Shown: positions 8,289 to 16,967 of the stretch, one piece after another
How the letters are laid out: every line of letters begins with the position of its first letter
Numbering within the stretch: the stretch's first letter is position 1
Origin: an uncultured Olsenella sp.
Lineage (GTDB): Bacteria > Actinomycetota > Coriobacteriia > Coriobacteriales > Atopobiaceae
Direction: 5' to 3'
Assembly: GCA_900540955.1 (NCBI GenBank)
Contig: UQIF01000001.1
Coordinates: 105,439-169,438, forward strand
Length of the DNA: 64,000 bases
Notes under the pieces: generated by a model
Told to the model about the DNA's origin: nothing
Database searches by the model: none
The model's input: the letters and a program-made list of their open reading frames with translations, nothing else
Made by a program: the position numbers and the translations under genes

Positions 8289-9032
8289 ATGGTCAGGATC
8301 GCGAGGAAGGTCTCGGGCTCGGGGATTTACCACGTTGTCATGCGCGGGGCGGGGCGGCAGCTGCTGTTCGAGGACGACCGCGACAGGAGGCGGTTCCTTG
8401 AGCTTATGCACGAGTCGTTTACAGACCACGGGGTTAAGCTGCTGTGCTTCTGCCTCATGCCGAACCATGTTCACCTGATCGCCCGGGGCGAGCTTGCGGC
8501 ACTCAGCGCGGCCATGCATCTTCTGGGGACCAGGTACGCGCTCAGGTTCAACAAGAAGTCCGACCATTGCGGGCCCGTCTTCGAGGACCGCTTCTACAGC
8601 GACCCGATCGAGACCGACGCGCACTTCCTCGCCGCGCTCCGCTACGTTCTCATGAACCCCGAGCACGCGGGGATCTGCCCGGCGAGCGAGTATGCCTGGA
8701 GCTCGTACTCGGAATACGATGGCGAGGCTGCGTACTGCGACGCCTCGCTCGTGTCCGAACTTTTGGGGGACGGCTCGTCTGTTCAGGCGCTCGTTGCTGG
8801 CGGCGCCGACGCTTGCTACCGGTTCGAGGGCAAGAAGGGCATGGACGACCTCGAGGCGATCGGCTTCGCCCGCGAGGTCATCGGGCGCATGGGCATCGGC
8901 CTCGGGGAAATCAAGACGCTGCCCAGGCTCAGAAGGTCCGAGGCGCTTCGCGAGCTGAAGTCAGCGGGGCTGTCCACGCGCCAGATAGAGAGGCTGACGG
9001 GCATCGGGAGGAGTACCATTGCGAGGGCATGA
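8289..9032 (+). CDS. HuH Y1 tyrosine transposase (IS200-like / REP-associated tyrosine transposase family) with C-terminal HTH
   Basis: 247 aa. HuH motif CLMPNHVHLIA. Y-motif LRYVLMNPEHAGIC, resembling the RAYT Y..NPVRAGLV motif. C-terminal LSTRQIERLTGIGRSTIARA helix-turn-helix. Confidence 0.75.
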   Translation: MVRIARKVSGSGIYHVVMRGAGRQLLFEDDRDRRRFLELMHESFTDHGVKLLCFCLMPNHVHLIARGELAALSAAMHLLGTRYALRFNKKSDHCGPVFEDRFYSDPIETDAHFLAALRYVLMNPEHAGICPASEYAWSSYSEYDGEAAYCDASLVSELLGDGSSVQALVAGGADACYRFEGKKGMDDLEAIGFAREVIGRMGIGLGEIKTLPRLRRSEALRELKSAGLSTRQIERLTGIGRSTIARA

Positions 9033-9035
9033 CGG

Positions 9036-9070
9036 TTTGGGACAAAATCCCCCGTCCCTTTTGTCCCAAA
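9036..9070. repeat. right terminal hairpin/inverted repeat of RAYT element
   Basis: Reverse complement of 8153-8185. Confidence 0.75.
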
Positions 9071-9086
9071 TTGAGGAGGAGAAGTG

Positions 9087-9509
9087 ATGTACGACCGGCT
9101 ACGCGAGATCGACGAGGCCATCGCCGCCGGCAGGGAGGCGCTCGAGGCGCTCGAGGACGCCGCCGACTCGCTCGACTCGGCGAAGCGCTGGGGAATCGTG
9201 GACATTCTCGGCGGCGGGCTCATCACAAGCGTGATCAAGCACTCGCGCCTGGGCGACGCCAACCACGCACTTGCCGACGCCCGCGTGGCCCTCGCGCGCT
9301 TCTCGGCGGAGCTCGACGACGTGCGCGGCGTGGCAGGGCTCACGGCCGAGGTCAACCGCTGGAACGCCTTCTTCGACATCGCCTGCGACAACTGGCTCGC
9401 CGACATCTTCGTGCAAAAGGAGATGAGCGACGCGGCCGACAGGGTTGACGAAGCCATTGAGACCGTCAAGCGTGCCGTGCGTCGACTCGAGTACGCCCGC
9501 TGCGCATGA
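9087..9509 (+). CDS. hypothetical protein (coiled-coil-rich, acidic)
   Basis: 141 aa with RBS GAGGAGGAG immediately after the right IR. No recognisable domain. Confidence 0.5.
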   Translation: MYDRLREIDEAIAAGREALEALEDAADSLDSAKRWGIVDILGGGLITSVIKHSRLGDANHALADARVALARFSAELDDVRGVAGLTAEVNRWNAFFDIACDNWLADIFVQKEMSDAADRVDEAIETVKRAVRRLEYARCA

Positions 9510-9565
9510 GCGCCCTGGTTGCGCTATCTTCTTCACATCGTGTTACCGAGCGGAGGGGGCGCCCA

Positions 9566-10873
9566 ATGGGCAACGACAACGACATTCTTCACGCGTCGCG
9601 CGAGCAGATCGACCAGATCCAGCTCGCCGGGATACAGAAGACCGTCATCGACGTGTACGAGCACATCCCGTTCTACAAGAAGAGCTTCGACGAGGCCGGG
9701 TTCGACCCGTACTCGGTCAAGTCGCTCGACGACGTCGCTCGCATCCCCTTCGTGCAGAAGCAGGACCTGCGCGACGCCTATCCGTACGGCATGCTCGCCG
9801 TGCCGCTCAAGGACGTCCGCGAGATCCACATGTCTTCGGGCACGACCGGTATCGCGACCATGGGCGCCTACACCGAGCACGACATAAAGATCTGGGGCGA
9901 GTGCTTCTCGCGCGCCGTCGACTACGCCCACGGCGACGAGAACGACGTCATGCAGATCTGCTACGGCTACGGCCTCTTTACCGGCGGCCTCGGCGCTCAC
10001 TACGGCAGCATCTCCGCCGGCTGCGCCACCATCCCCATCAGCGCCGGCAACACCGAGCGCCAAATCCGCATCCTGCGCGAGATGGGCCCCACCATCCTGG
10101 CCTGCACCCCCTCCTACGCGATGCACATCGCCGACACCGCGATCGAGATGGGCCTCGACCCGGCACGCGACTTCAACCTGCGCGCCGGCATCCACGGCGC
10201 CGAGCCCTTCTCGGACAATTTTCGCCGCGACCTCGAGCGCAAGCTCGGCTACCGCGTGCTCGACATTTACGGCCTCACCGAGACCATGGGCCCGGGCGTG
10301 GCCATCGAGTGCTGGGAGCAGCAGGGCCTCCACATCGCCGAGGACCACTTCTACCCCGAGATCATCAACCCCGAGACGGGCGAGGTCCTTCCCGACGGCG
10401 AGTGGGGCGAGCTCGTCATCACCACGCTCGACCGCGAGGCGTCTCCCGTCGTGCGCTACCGCACGCGCGACATCACCCGCATCATTCCCGGCGAGTGCCC
10501 CTGCGGCCGCACGCACCGCCGCATCGACCGCATCCACGGCCGCACCGACGACATGCTCATCATCCGCGGCGTCAACGTCTTCCCGAGCCAGATCGAGGAC
10601 GTTATGAAGACGTTCCCCGAGATGTCCTCCTGGTACCAGATCGAGGTCGACACCGACCACCGCTCCCTCGACATCGTCACCCTCAAGGCCGAGCCGAACC
10701 CCGACGTGGACCTCGACTCCATCGCCGACATCGATCGCCTGCAGAAGCGGATCAGCGCCGCGCTCAAGGCCGCGCTCTCGGTCGGCGTCAAGGTCAAGCT
10801 CGTGGAGCCCAAGAGCATCCCGCGCAGCGAGGGCAAGGCCAAGCGCATCGTCGACCTCAGGAAGGAGCTCTAA
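9566..10873 (+). CDS. paaK: phenylacetate-CoA ligase family (PaaK-like adenylate-forming enzyme)
   Basis: Start MGNDNDILHASREQIDQIQLAGIQKT with RBS GGAGGGGG. Motifs SSGTTG, YGLTE and a PaaK-type C-terminal domain. Confidence 0.85.
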   Translation: MGNDNDILHASREQIDQIQLAGIQKTVIDVYEHIPFYKKSFDEAGFDPYSVKSLDDVARIPFVQKQDLRDAYPYGMLAVPLKDVREIHMSSGTTGIATMGAYTEHDIKIWGECFSRAVDYAHGDENDVMQICYGYGLFTGGLGAHYGSISAGCATIPISAGNTERQIRILREMGPTILACTPSYAMHIADTAIEMGLDPARDFNLRAGIHGAEPFSDNFRRDLERKLGYRVLDIYGLTETMGPGVAIECWEQQGLHIAEDHFYPEIINPETGEVLPDGEWGELVITTLDREASPVVRYRTRDITRIIPGECPCGRTHRRIDRIHGRTDDMLIIRGVNVFPSQIEDVMKTFPEMSSWYQIEVDTDHRSLDIVTLKAEPNPDVDLDSIADIDRLQKRISAALKAALSVGVKVKLVEPKSIPRSEGKAKRIVDLRKEL

Positions 10874-10876
10874 GAC

Positions 10877-11302
10877 ATGATCGACCAGATCACCGTTTTC
10901 CTCGAGAACAAGAAGGGCCGCGTCGCATCCGTCGCGCGCACGATTGCCGACGCCGGCGTGAACATGACGGCGCTGTCGCTCGCCGACAGCGAGGAGTATG
11001 GCCTCGCGCGCATCGTGTGCGGCGAGCCAGAGCGCGCCCTGAAGGCGCTCGGCGAGGCGGGCTACCGCGCCAAGGTCGTCAAGGTCGCGGCCGTCGCCGT
11101 GCCCGACCGCCCGGGCGGCCTGGCGGAGCTTTTCGAGGCCCTTGACGAGCTCGACGTGAACATCGAGTACTGCTACTGCTTCAGCCACCGTGACGGGGCA
11201 GCCGTCTTTGCGCTCAAGGTCGCCGACGCCGCGGCGGCGGCGCGCGCCGTCTGGACGCTCGAGGGCGCTGGCTTCAAGGCGCTCACGCAGGCCGACCTCT
11301 AG
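10877..11302 (+). CDS. ACT-domain protein (amino-acid-binding regulatory domain partner of PaaK-like ligases)
   Basis: 141 aa MIDQITVFLENKKGRVASVARTIADAGVNMTALSLAD, a tandem ACT fold. Sits 3 nt after paaK. Confidence 0.75.
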   Translation: MIDQITVFLENKKGRVASVARTIADAGVNMTALSLADSEEYGLARIVCGEPERALKALGEAGYRAKVVKVAAVAVPDRPGGLAELFEALDELDVNIEYCYCFSHRDGAAVFALKVADAAAAARAVWTLEGAGFKALTQADL

Positions 11303-11364
11303 GCAGGCCTCGGGCGCGCGCCGAGCAATCGGCCTCGCTCGACGAATAACGGGACCTCTTTCCT

Positions 11365-11408
11365 TGTGAGCTGGCCTCCCTTCCCCTAATCTCAAGGGGA
11401 GGGGAGGC
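11365..11408 (+). promoter_or_regulatory. SD-sequestering stem-loop upstream of the sensor-membrane gene
   Basis: GGCCTCCCTTCCCCT-aatctca-AGGGGAGGGGAGGCC followed by AAAAAAA. The 3' arm contains the GGAGG-type RBS for the ATG at 11416, and the 5' arm is its anti-SD. No U-tract follows, so it is not a canonical terminator. Confidence 0.4.
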
Positions 11409-11415
11409 CAAAAAA

Positions 11416-13182
11416 ATGCCGTCGAGCTTCGCGTCCACAGTGTTCACGCGCAAGAACAAGTCCCGCGCGATCGCGGCCTGCGCGCTCGCCGCCGGGTCTT
11501 TCTTTCTTCTTGCGGTGGGTTTCGCCTGTTTCGGAGGACCCGCGGCCCACGAGCCCGCCGCGTCCTTGGTCAGGCCCGCCCACGAGCCCATCGACCGTGC
11601 CGTCTGGGTCTGCCTCTCCGCCATCGCGTTCTCGTTCTGGGGCGACATTGCCTACCTGCGTTGCCTCGACCCGAGGACCAGGCGGCGTATCGCGGCGATC
11701 TCCGTGATTCTCGCCCTCTGGCTTCTGGTGGTCGTAATCAAGTGGAAGACGGCCGACGACGAGCTGGCCCGCTATCTGTGGTACTGCTACTACATCCCCA
11801 TGGCCGCCGTGCCGCCGCTGTGCCTTTCCTGCGCGCTCCGCTCGGCGGGTCTCGGCCTCGGCGAGAAGGGCAAAAGGCACCGCGCGGCCATGGCGTCGGT
11901 CTCGGCGCTCTTCATCGTCCTCGCGCTCACAAACGACCTCCACCAGCTCTTCTTTACCTTCGACTCCCCGAACCCCGGTACCGTAGGCAAGTATTTCTAC
12001 GGCCCTGCGTACTGGGCCTTCTTGGTCTACACGGCCGCGTGCTTCATCGGCTTCTTCGCGGTGCTGTGGCGCTCGTGCACAAGAGTACTCAGGAGCCTTT
12101 TGGTGCCCTCCGCCACGGTGGCCGTCGGAGGCTTCCTCCTGAGCTTTGCCTATATCTTCCGGCTTGAGTGGGCAAGGACGCTCAATTTCTCGCTCATCTA
12201 CGGGATACTCGTCATCGTCGCGCTCGAGCTCTGCCTCGATTTGGGGATCATCCCCTCCACGAGGTCGTTCGCCAAGGTGTTCGCCAAGCTTCCCTTCGAC
12301 CTGAAGATCGTCTCGCGCGACGGCTCGCTCTTTCGCAAGACCGAGGCCTCGGCCGCTCTCGACCCTTCGGTGGCCCGTGCCCTCGCGGCCCGCCCGCTGC
12401 CCGGCGTGTTCACGCTGCCGGCTTACCCCGACGACGTTTTCTTTGCCTGGCCGCTTTCCGGCGGAAGCGCGCTTCTTACGCGCGACATGAGGAACATGCG
12501 CTCGCTTGGCCGTCAGCTCATGGCAAGAAGGGCCGACCTCGAGCAGGACCGCCGCACGCTCGAGCACGATCGCGACCTGGCGGAGCTCCTGGCCGGCCTC
12601 GAGGCGGAGTCTCGGCTGGTGGGCGACGTCGAGCGCGCTCTTTCCGATTCCATGCGGGAGGTGTCCGACGTCCTGCGCGGCCTTCCCCAGGAGTCCGCCG
12701 CGAGGCTGCGCGAGCTCGAGCGGGCTCGCATGATCGTCGCCTACTGCAAGCGGAAGGGCTCGCTTGTGCTCGCGGAGGCGGTAGACCCCGAGCTGGACCG
12801 CGACCGAATTCGCCTTATCGCCAACGAGCTCGCGAGCGACCTGCGCGCCGTCGGCATCGACTGCGCCGCCATCGCCAGCCTGAGCCGGCCGCTCGCCGCC
12901 CAGCAGATGAGCGTCCTGTACGACTGCATCTACGACATGGCGTTCACGGCGCTCGAGTGCGAGGGGCCCGTGCTCATGTACCACCTCGGCGAGAGGGACG
13001 ACGGCACGGTTGAGCTGCGCGCCCACTTGGAGTCGGAGGACGAGGAGGACCTGGCCTCGCTTCCCAGGACCGAGGCGCTGAGGGCGCGCCTGGACGCATG
13101 CGACGTCATCTACTCGCTCACAGGCGAGGAGGGAAGGCTTTTGCTCGTTGCCAGGGTGAGGGCAGGGGGTGGGCGCCGATGA
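11416..13182 (+). CDS. polytopic membrane protein with C-terminal coiled-coil domain (accessory sensor-like; no H-box/HATPase)
   Basis: 588 aa. N-terminal ~8 TM helices. C-terminal coiled coil (LEQDRRTLEHDRDLAELLAGLEAESRLV...) lacking the conserved His and the ATPase domain. Its stop overlaps the kinase start (ATGA). Confidence 0.6.
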   Translation: MPSSFASTVFTRKNKSRAIAACALAAGSFFLLAVGFACFGGPAAHEPAASLVRPAHEPIDRAVWVCLSAIAFSFWGDIAYLRCLDPRTRRRIAAISVILALWLLVVVIKWKTADDELARYLWYCYYIPMAAVPPLCLSCALRSAGLGLGEKGKRHRAAMASVSALFIVLALTNDLHQLFFTFDSPNPGTVGKYFYGPAYWAFLVYTAACFIGFFAVLWRSCTRVLRSLLVPSATVAVGGFLLSFAYIFRLEWARTLNFSLIYGILVIVALELCLDLGIIPSTRSFAKVFAKLPFDLKIVSRDGSLFRKTEASAALDPSVARALAARPLPGVFTLPAYPDDVFFAWPLSGGSALLTRDMRNMRSLGRQLMARRADLEQDRRTLEHDRDLAELLAGLEAESRLVGDVERALSDSMREVSDVLRGLPQESAARLRELERARMIVAYCKRKGSLVLAEAVDPELDRDRIRLIANELASDLRAVGIDCAAIASLSRPLAAQQMSVLYDCIYDMAFTALECEGPVLMYHLGERDDGTVELRAHLESEDEEDLASLPRTEALRARLDACDVIYSLTGEEGRLLLVARVRAGGGRR

Positions 13183-14651
13183 CGCCGCTTCTGCTCAACG
13201 AGCCCTGTATGATGTTGATCGTGGTCGGGGAGTTCCTTTCCGCGTGCCTGCAGGTCGTGCACCTCTTTATGGTCGTCTTCCGGGCCTCTTCGAGGCTCGG
13301 GTGGCTCTCGTGCGCCTACGAGGCTGCGGTTCAGCTTCACCTGGGCATCGCGCTGTGCATCACCGTGGGCACGGGGGTCATCCGCGCACCTCTGCTCGCC
13401 GAGGTCTTGGGGTTCTCGCGCTTCTTCTGGCTCCTGTGGGCCAACGCCGCCTTCTCGTTTATCGCGCTCGCCTTCGCGCTCTACTTCTCTCGCCCTGCGC
13501 TATTTATGGATGCGCTGCTCATGGGGCTGTGCACCCCGGGGGCCATCGGCGCGCTCGGGGCGCACTGGAACATCGTTGCCCTTCTTGACGTCTCGTGGTT
13601 CATGTTCCGGGGACTCTCGTCCATCGTCACGGACGTCGTTTGGAGGTCGGAGGAGCTCACGGGGCTCTCCGTCGCCGAGGCGCTCATGGGCATGCCGGCG
13701 GGCATCCTCGTCACGGGCCCCTCCGGCGGCTCGACGTTCATGAACGCCTCGATGCGCTCCAGCCTTGAGGCCTTAGGACTGCCCACAGACCTCGGCGACC
13801 TGAGCGGCATCTGGGGGGAGCTCTCCTGCCGCGGCCGTGGCATCTGTGCCGAGGCAGGCGCGCTCGGCGTCCCCGCCGTCTCCGAGAGGGGGGAGGAGAA
13901 TCTGCTGGTTGACGTCGCGGATGGAAGGACGCTGCTGTTCCAGCGCGACGCCGACGGCTCCAAGTCGCGCGGCGAGAGGATCTTGTGCCTCGACGTCACC
14001 GAGTCGGTCGCCGCGAACAATGCCCTCGTGCAGACCAACCGCGAGCTCGAGGCGGCGGCCACCGAGCTGCGTGCGTGCCTTGCCGACGTCGACCGCGCGG
14101 CCGAGGCCTCGGCGTATCTGCGTATGCGCTCCCGTGTCCATGACGTCGTGGGGCAGCGCCTGTCGATCCTCCACCGCTATCTCGAGATGGGAAAGACGGA
14201 CCCGGCGTCGGTCGACGAGCTCGAACGCCTTCTCTCGTCGGTCATGACCGACCTTCGCCAGGACTCCGGACGCGATGCCGCGGCCGAGCTCGATGCCATC
14301 GTCTCCGCGTTCTCGCTCGTCGGTGTGCACGTGGAGGTAGAAGGCGAGCTCCCGCGCAGGCCGGAGGTTGCCGCCGCCTTTGTGCGCGTGGTCCGGGAAG
14401 CGTGCACCAACTCGTGCCGGCACGCCCACGCCAAACGGGTCTTTGTTAACCTTAAAGACCCCGATGGCCCCTTTGCTCGCCTCTCCATCACTGACGACGG
14501 GAGCGGTCGGCCCGCGCCGGTGCGCGAGGGCGCGGGCATCCCGGGGATGAGGCGCGAGATCGAGTCCGTCGGGGGCAGGCTCGCCGTCAAGCGGGACCAT
14601 CCGTTCACCGTTTTGGCCGAGGTCGATGTAAGGGGGAAGGCCGATGATTGA
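13179..14651 (+). CDS. sensor histidine kinase, NarL/HisKA_3 type
   Basis: 490 aa. N-terminal TM region. H-box RMRSRVHDVVGQRLSILHRY. HATPase_c motifs (ITDDGSG, GAGIPGMRREIESVGG). Confidence 0.8.
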   Translation: MTPLLLNEPCMMLIVVGEFLSACLQVVHLFMVVFRASSRLGWLSCAYEAAVQLHLGIALCITVGTGVIRAPLLAEVLGFSRFFWLLWANAAFSFIALAFALYFSRPALFMDALLMGLCTPGAIGALGAHWNIVALLDVSWFMFRGLSSIVTDVVWRSEELTGLSVAEALMGMPAGILVTGPSGGSTFMNASMRSSLEALGLPTDLGDLSGIWGELSCRGRGICAEAGALGVPAVSERGEENLLVDVADGRTLLFQRDADGSKSRGERILCLDVTESVAANNALVQTNRELEAAATELRACLADVDRAAEASAYLRMRSRVHDVVGQRLSILHRYLEMGKTDPASVDELERLLSSVMTDLRQDSGRDAAAELDAIVSAFSLVGVHVEVEGELPRRPEVAAAFVRVVREACTNSCRHAHAKRVFVNLKDPDGPFARLSITDDGSGRPAPVREGAGIPGMRREIESVGGRLAVKRDHPFTVLAEVDVRGKADD

Positions 14652-15267
14652 GGTCATGATCGTTGAGGACCAGGCCATGCTGCGCGAGAGCCTGGCGCAG
14701 ACCATCGAGTCCCAGGAGGACATGCACGTGGCGGCCTGCCTCGCCGATGCCGCCGACGCGCCCGGCAGGGCGGCCGAGACCGACTGTGGCCTGGTGCTCA
14801 TGGACGTCTGCACGGAGCACGACTCCAACGGCATCGTCGCGGCCCGCCGCATCAAGGAGGCCAACCCCGCGGTCCGCGTGGTCATCATGACGGGCATGCC
14901 TGAGGTCACCTTCGTCGAGCAGGCCAAGGACGCGGGCGTCGACAGCTTCGTCTACAAGAACGTCGGCATCGAGGAGCTTTTGGCGGTCATGCGCTCCACT
15001 GCCGCCGGTTACTCGACGTTTCCCCATACTCCGGACTCGATCTTTTCCGGCGCGGCGGCGCTTACCGACGTCGAGATCTCGATTCTGCGCCTTGTCTGCG
15101 AGGCGAAGACCCGCAAGGAGATCGCCGCAGAGCTCTACATGAGCGAGGGGACCGTCAAGCGCCGCATCGGCGAGATCCTGGCAAAGACGGGCTACGACAA
15201 CATCCTGCGCCTCGCCGTCCATGCCGTCGCCGAGGGAAACATCGTTCCCGGCATGGGCAACAAGTAA
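14644..15267 (+). CDS. response regulator, LuxR/NarL family
   Basis: 207 aa. Receiver domain (MIEVMIVEDQ...LVLMDV) plus a C-terminal LuxR HTH (EISILRLVCEAKTRKEIAAELYMSEGTVKRRI). Start overlaps the kinase stop. Confidence 0.85.
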   Translation: MIEVMIVEDQAMLRESLAQTIESQEDMHVAACLADAADAPGRAAETDCGLVLMDVCTEHDSNGIVAARRIKEANPAVRVVIMTGMPEVTFVEQAKDAGVDSFVYKNVGIEELLAVMRSTAAGYSTFPHTPDSIFSGAAALTDVEISILRLVCEAKTRKEIAAELYMSEGTVKRRIGEILAKTGYDNILRLAVHAVAEGNIVPGMGNK

Positions 15268-15320
15268 GCCGGGGTGGGTCGCCCGCCCCGGCTTGTTCCG
15301 GTCCTTCTTGCCGGTAATCT

Positions 15321-15947
15321 TTACGGAATGTGGATCAGGCGCCGGAAGTAGACGTTGCCCGTCTCCTCCTCGAACATCCAGATGTTGAGATAGATGTCGT
15401 TCAGGTCGTTGTTCACGTCGAAGTCGGGGTCGTCGAAGGTCCCCAAGAACGTGAGGTAGGCCCGCGTTTCGCCACCCGCCTCGACGCTCTGGCGCATGTA
15501 CACGTCGCGCGGGCGCCCGTTGACGTAGGCGTAGCCGTCAGTGTCGCCGATCATCATGTCGGTCTCGGTGTTGTTCCACACGGTGAAGAGCACGACGGCG
15601 TCGCCGTAGCCGTCGGTGTCTTTGCGCTCGGCTCGGACGTGGATGTTCTCGTCGGCCTCGAGGTCGATGGGGAACTCGTCGTCGGCCTCGAACCAGGCGC
15701 TGGTGTCGTCGTCTCCCTTCGCATCCTCGCCGGCGTCCTCGATTTGCTGTTGCATGCTCGACGAGGGGCCCTCCCCGCCGTTGGTGGGGTGCTCCTCGGC
15801 GCCTCTCTCGTCCTCGGCGTCCTTGCCTGCCTCGATGGGCGGCTGCGTGTTGATCATGCCGTCCTTGTCGCGGATGTCGAGGCAGCCTGCGAGGGGAAGC
15901 GCGCAGGCCGCTGCCACCGCCAAGGCGAGGATTCCCGGGCGTCTCAT
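15321..15947 (-). CDS. lipoprotein, unknown function
   Basis: Signal peptide with lipobox LAGC. Acidic low-complexity linker and a C-terminal beta-rich domain. Confidence 0.6.
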   Translation of the reverse strand: MRRPGILALAVAAACALPLAGCLDIRDKDGMINTQPPIEAGKDAEDERGAEEHPTNGGEGPSSSMQQQIEDAGEDAKGDDDTSAWFEADDEFPIDLEADENIHVRAERKDTDGYGDAVVLFTVWNNTETDMMIGDTDGYAYVNGRPRDVYMRQSVEAGGETRAYLTFLGTFDDPDFDVNNDLNDIYLNIWMFEEETGNVYFRRLIHIP

Positions 15948-16036
15948 GGTGTCCCTCCTTAATCGGCACCGGGGCCAAGGGGCTGCTCGAGCGCCCTTGG
16001 CCCCGTTGTTGGTCGACTCAGTTCACGCCGCGGGCG

Positions 16037-16885
16037 TTACTGGATGTTGATGGGGTAAGAAGCGATGTCCTCGTAGGTCTCGTCGTCGTAGACGTCCAGC
16101 TGGCACTGGATGTTGACGAGCTCGTCGACGGAGTCGATGCCCTCGAAGGCGCAGAGCTTCGTGGCGGAGGTGCCGGGCAGCACCGCCGTGTAGAACCAGT
16201 TGTCGCTCATCACGCCGTTGACCGCGCAGGAGTCGTTCGGGATGGACATGGCGATCTTCTTGTCGCTGTTGTTGGTGATGGTGAGCATGATGCCGACCTG
16301 GCCCCACTCGTCGGCCGCGCGGTCGGTGGCCACGATGGTCACGATTTCGTCGTCGGCGATGGTGACGGGCGGGTCGATGGGCACGGTCGCGGCCTCGGTC
16401 GAGCTGGTCGTGCCGTCGTCGCCGTCATCGGGGTCGCCCATGTCGGTGATCTTCTCGGACTCGCGGTCGGTCTTGATCTGGTCGGCCAGGCTGTCGTCGC
16501 CCTTCTTGAAGACGAGGGACGTTTCTTCGGCTGCGAAGGTCAGCTTGTCGTCGGCGAGCTCGAGCGTGCCGGTCTCTCCGTCGTAGCCGAGCGTGCACTT
16601 CTCGATGTCCCAGGTGGAGTCCTGGACCTCGCCGAAGAGGTCGAGCGTGGCCTTGCCGTCCTCACCGAGGTAGAGGACTACCTTCATGCCCCAGTCGTTC
16701 ATCATCTGGATGTCGTCCTCGGTGAGCTCGATGCCGTCGGCCTTTCCGCTTGCGAGCTCCCAGTAGCCGACCATCTTGGCGCCCTTGGCCGCCTTGCCGC
16801 CGCCACAGGCAACGAGCGCGACGCACGTCGCTATCGCGCAGATGGCGCAGCAGACGAGGGATAGATATTTCTTCGTGGTTTTCAT
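16037..16885 (-). CDS. lipoprotein, unknown function (paralog-like of the 15321-15947 protein)
   Basis: Signal peptide with lipobox LVACG and an acidic linker. The C-terminal domain has the same architecture as the neighbouring gene. Confidence 0.6.
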   Translation of the reverse strand: MKTTKKYLSLVCCAICAIATCVALVACGGGKAAKGAKMVGYWELASGKADGIELTEDDIQMMNDWGMKVVLYLGEDGKATLDLFGEVQDSTWDIEKCTLGYDGETGTLELADDKLTFAAEETSLVFKKGDDSLADQIKTDRESEKITDMGDPDDGDDGTTSSTEAATVPIDPPVTIADDEIVTIVATDRAADEWGQVGIMLTITNNSDKKIAMSIPNDSCAVNGVMSDNWFYTAVLPGTSATKLCAFEGIDSVDELVNIQCQLDVYDDETYEDIASYPINIQ

Positions 16886-16967
16886 GGCGTGCTCCTTCCT
16901 ACGTTGTCTTGACGATATCTACGGGGGCGCAGGGCCCCCTGGCGCCGAGCGCCTTACTCGCTAGGGC

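Larger units (their letters stand above)
8153..9070. mobile_element. IS200/RAYT-like (REPtron-like) element: one HuH Y1 transposase gene bracketed by perfect 33-bp inverted hairpin repeats
   Basis: Left TTTGGGACAAAAGGGACGGGGGATTTTGTCCCA (8153-8185). Right TTTGGGACAAAATCCCCCGTCCCTTTTGTCCCAAA (9036-9070), which is the exact reverse complement of the left. Each end is itself a hairpin (TGGGACAAAA / TTTTGTCCCA). Confidence 0.7.

Noticed and set aside
7292-8401. 369-aa ORF antisense to pfkA, and 8444-9448 / 8816-9469 ORFs overlapping the transposase.
   Set aside because: Low-complexity GC-frame artefacts with no motifs, overlapping well-supported genes.
9445-11395. 566-aa (+) and 620-aa (-) ORFs overlapping paaK/ACT.
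   Set aside because: Arg/His-rich or Ala/Gly/Asp-rich off-frame translations. paaK in the third frame has canonical adenylate-forming motifs.
11365-11408. Hairpin plus A7 upstream of the sensor gene as an intrinsic terminator.
   Set aside because: The A-tract follows the hairpin on the + strand, so the U-tract would precede it on the - strand. No upstream gene needs terminating there. The 3' arm is the downstream gene's SD, so I kept it as an RBS-sequestering element.
11392-13026. 544-aa antisense ORF across the sensor-membrane gene.
   Set aside because: Low-complexity off-frame artefact. The sense-strand gene has a coherent TM and coiled-coil architecture and is translationally coupled to the HK.
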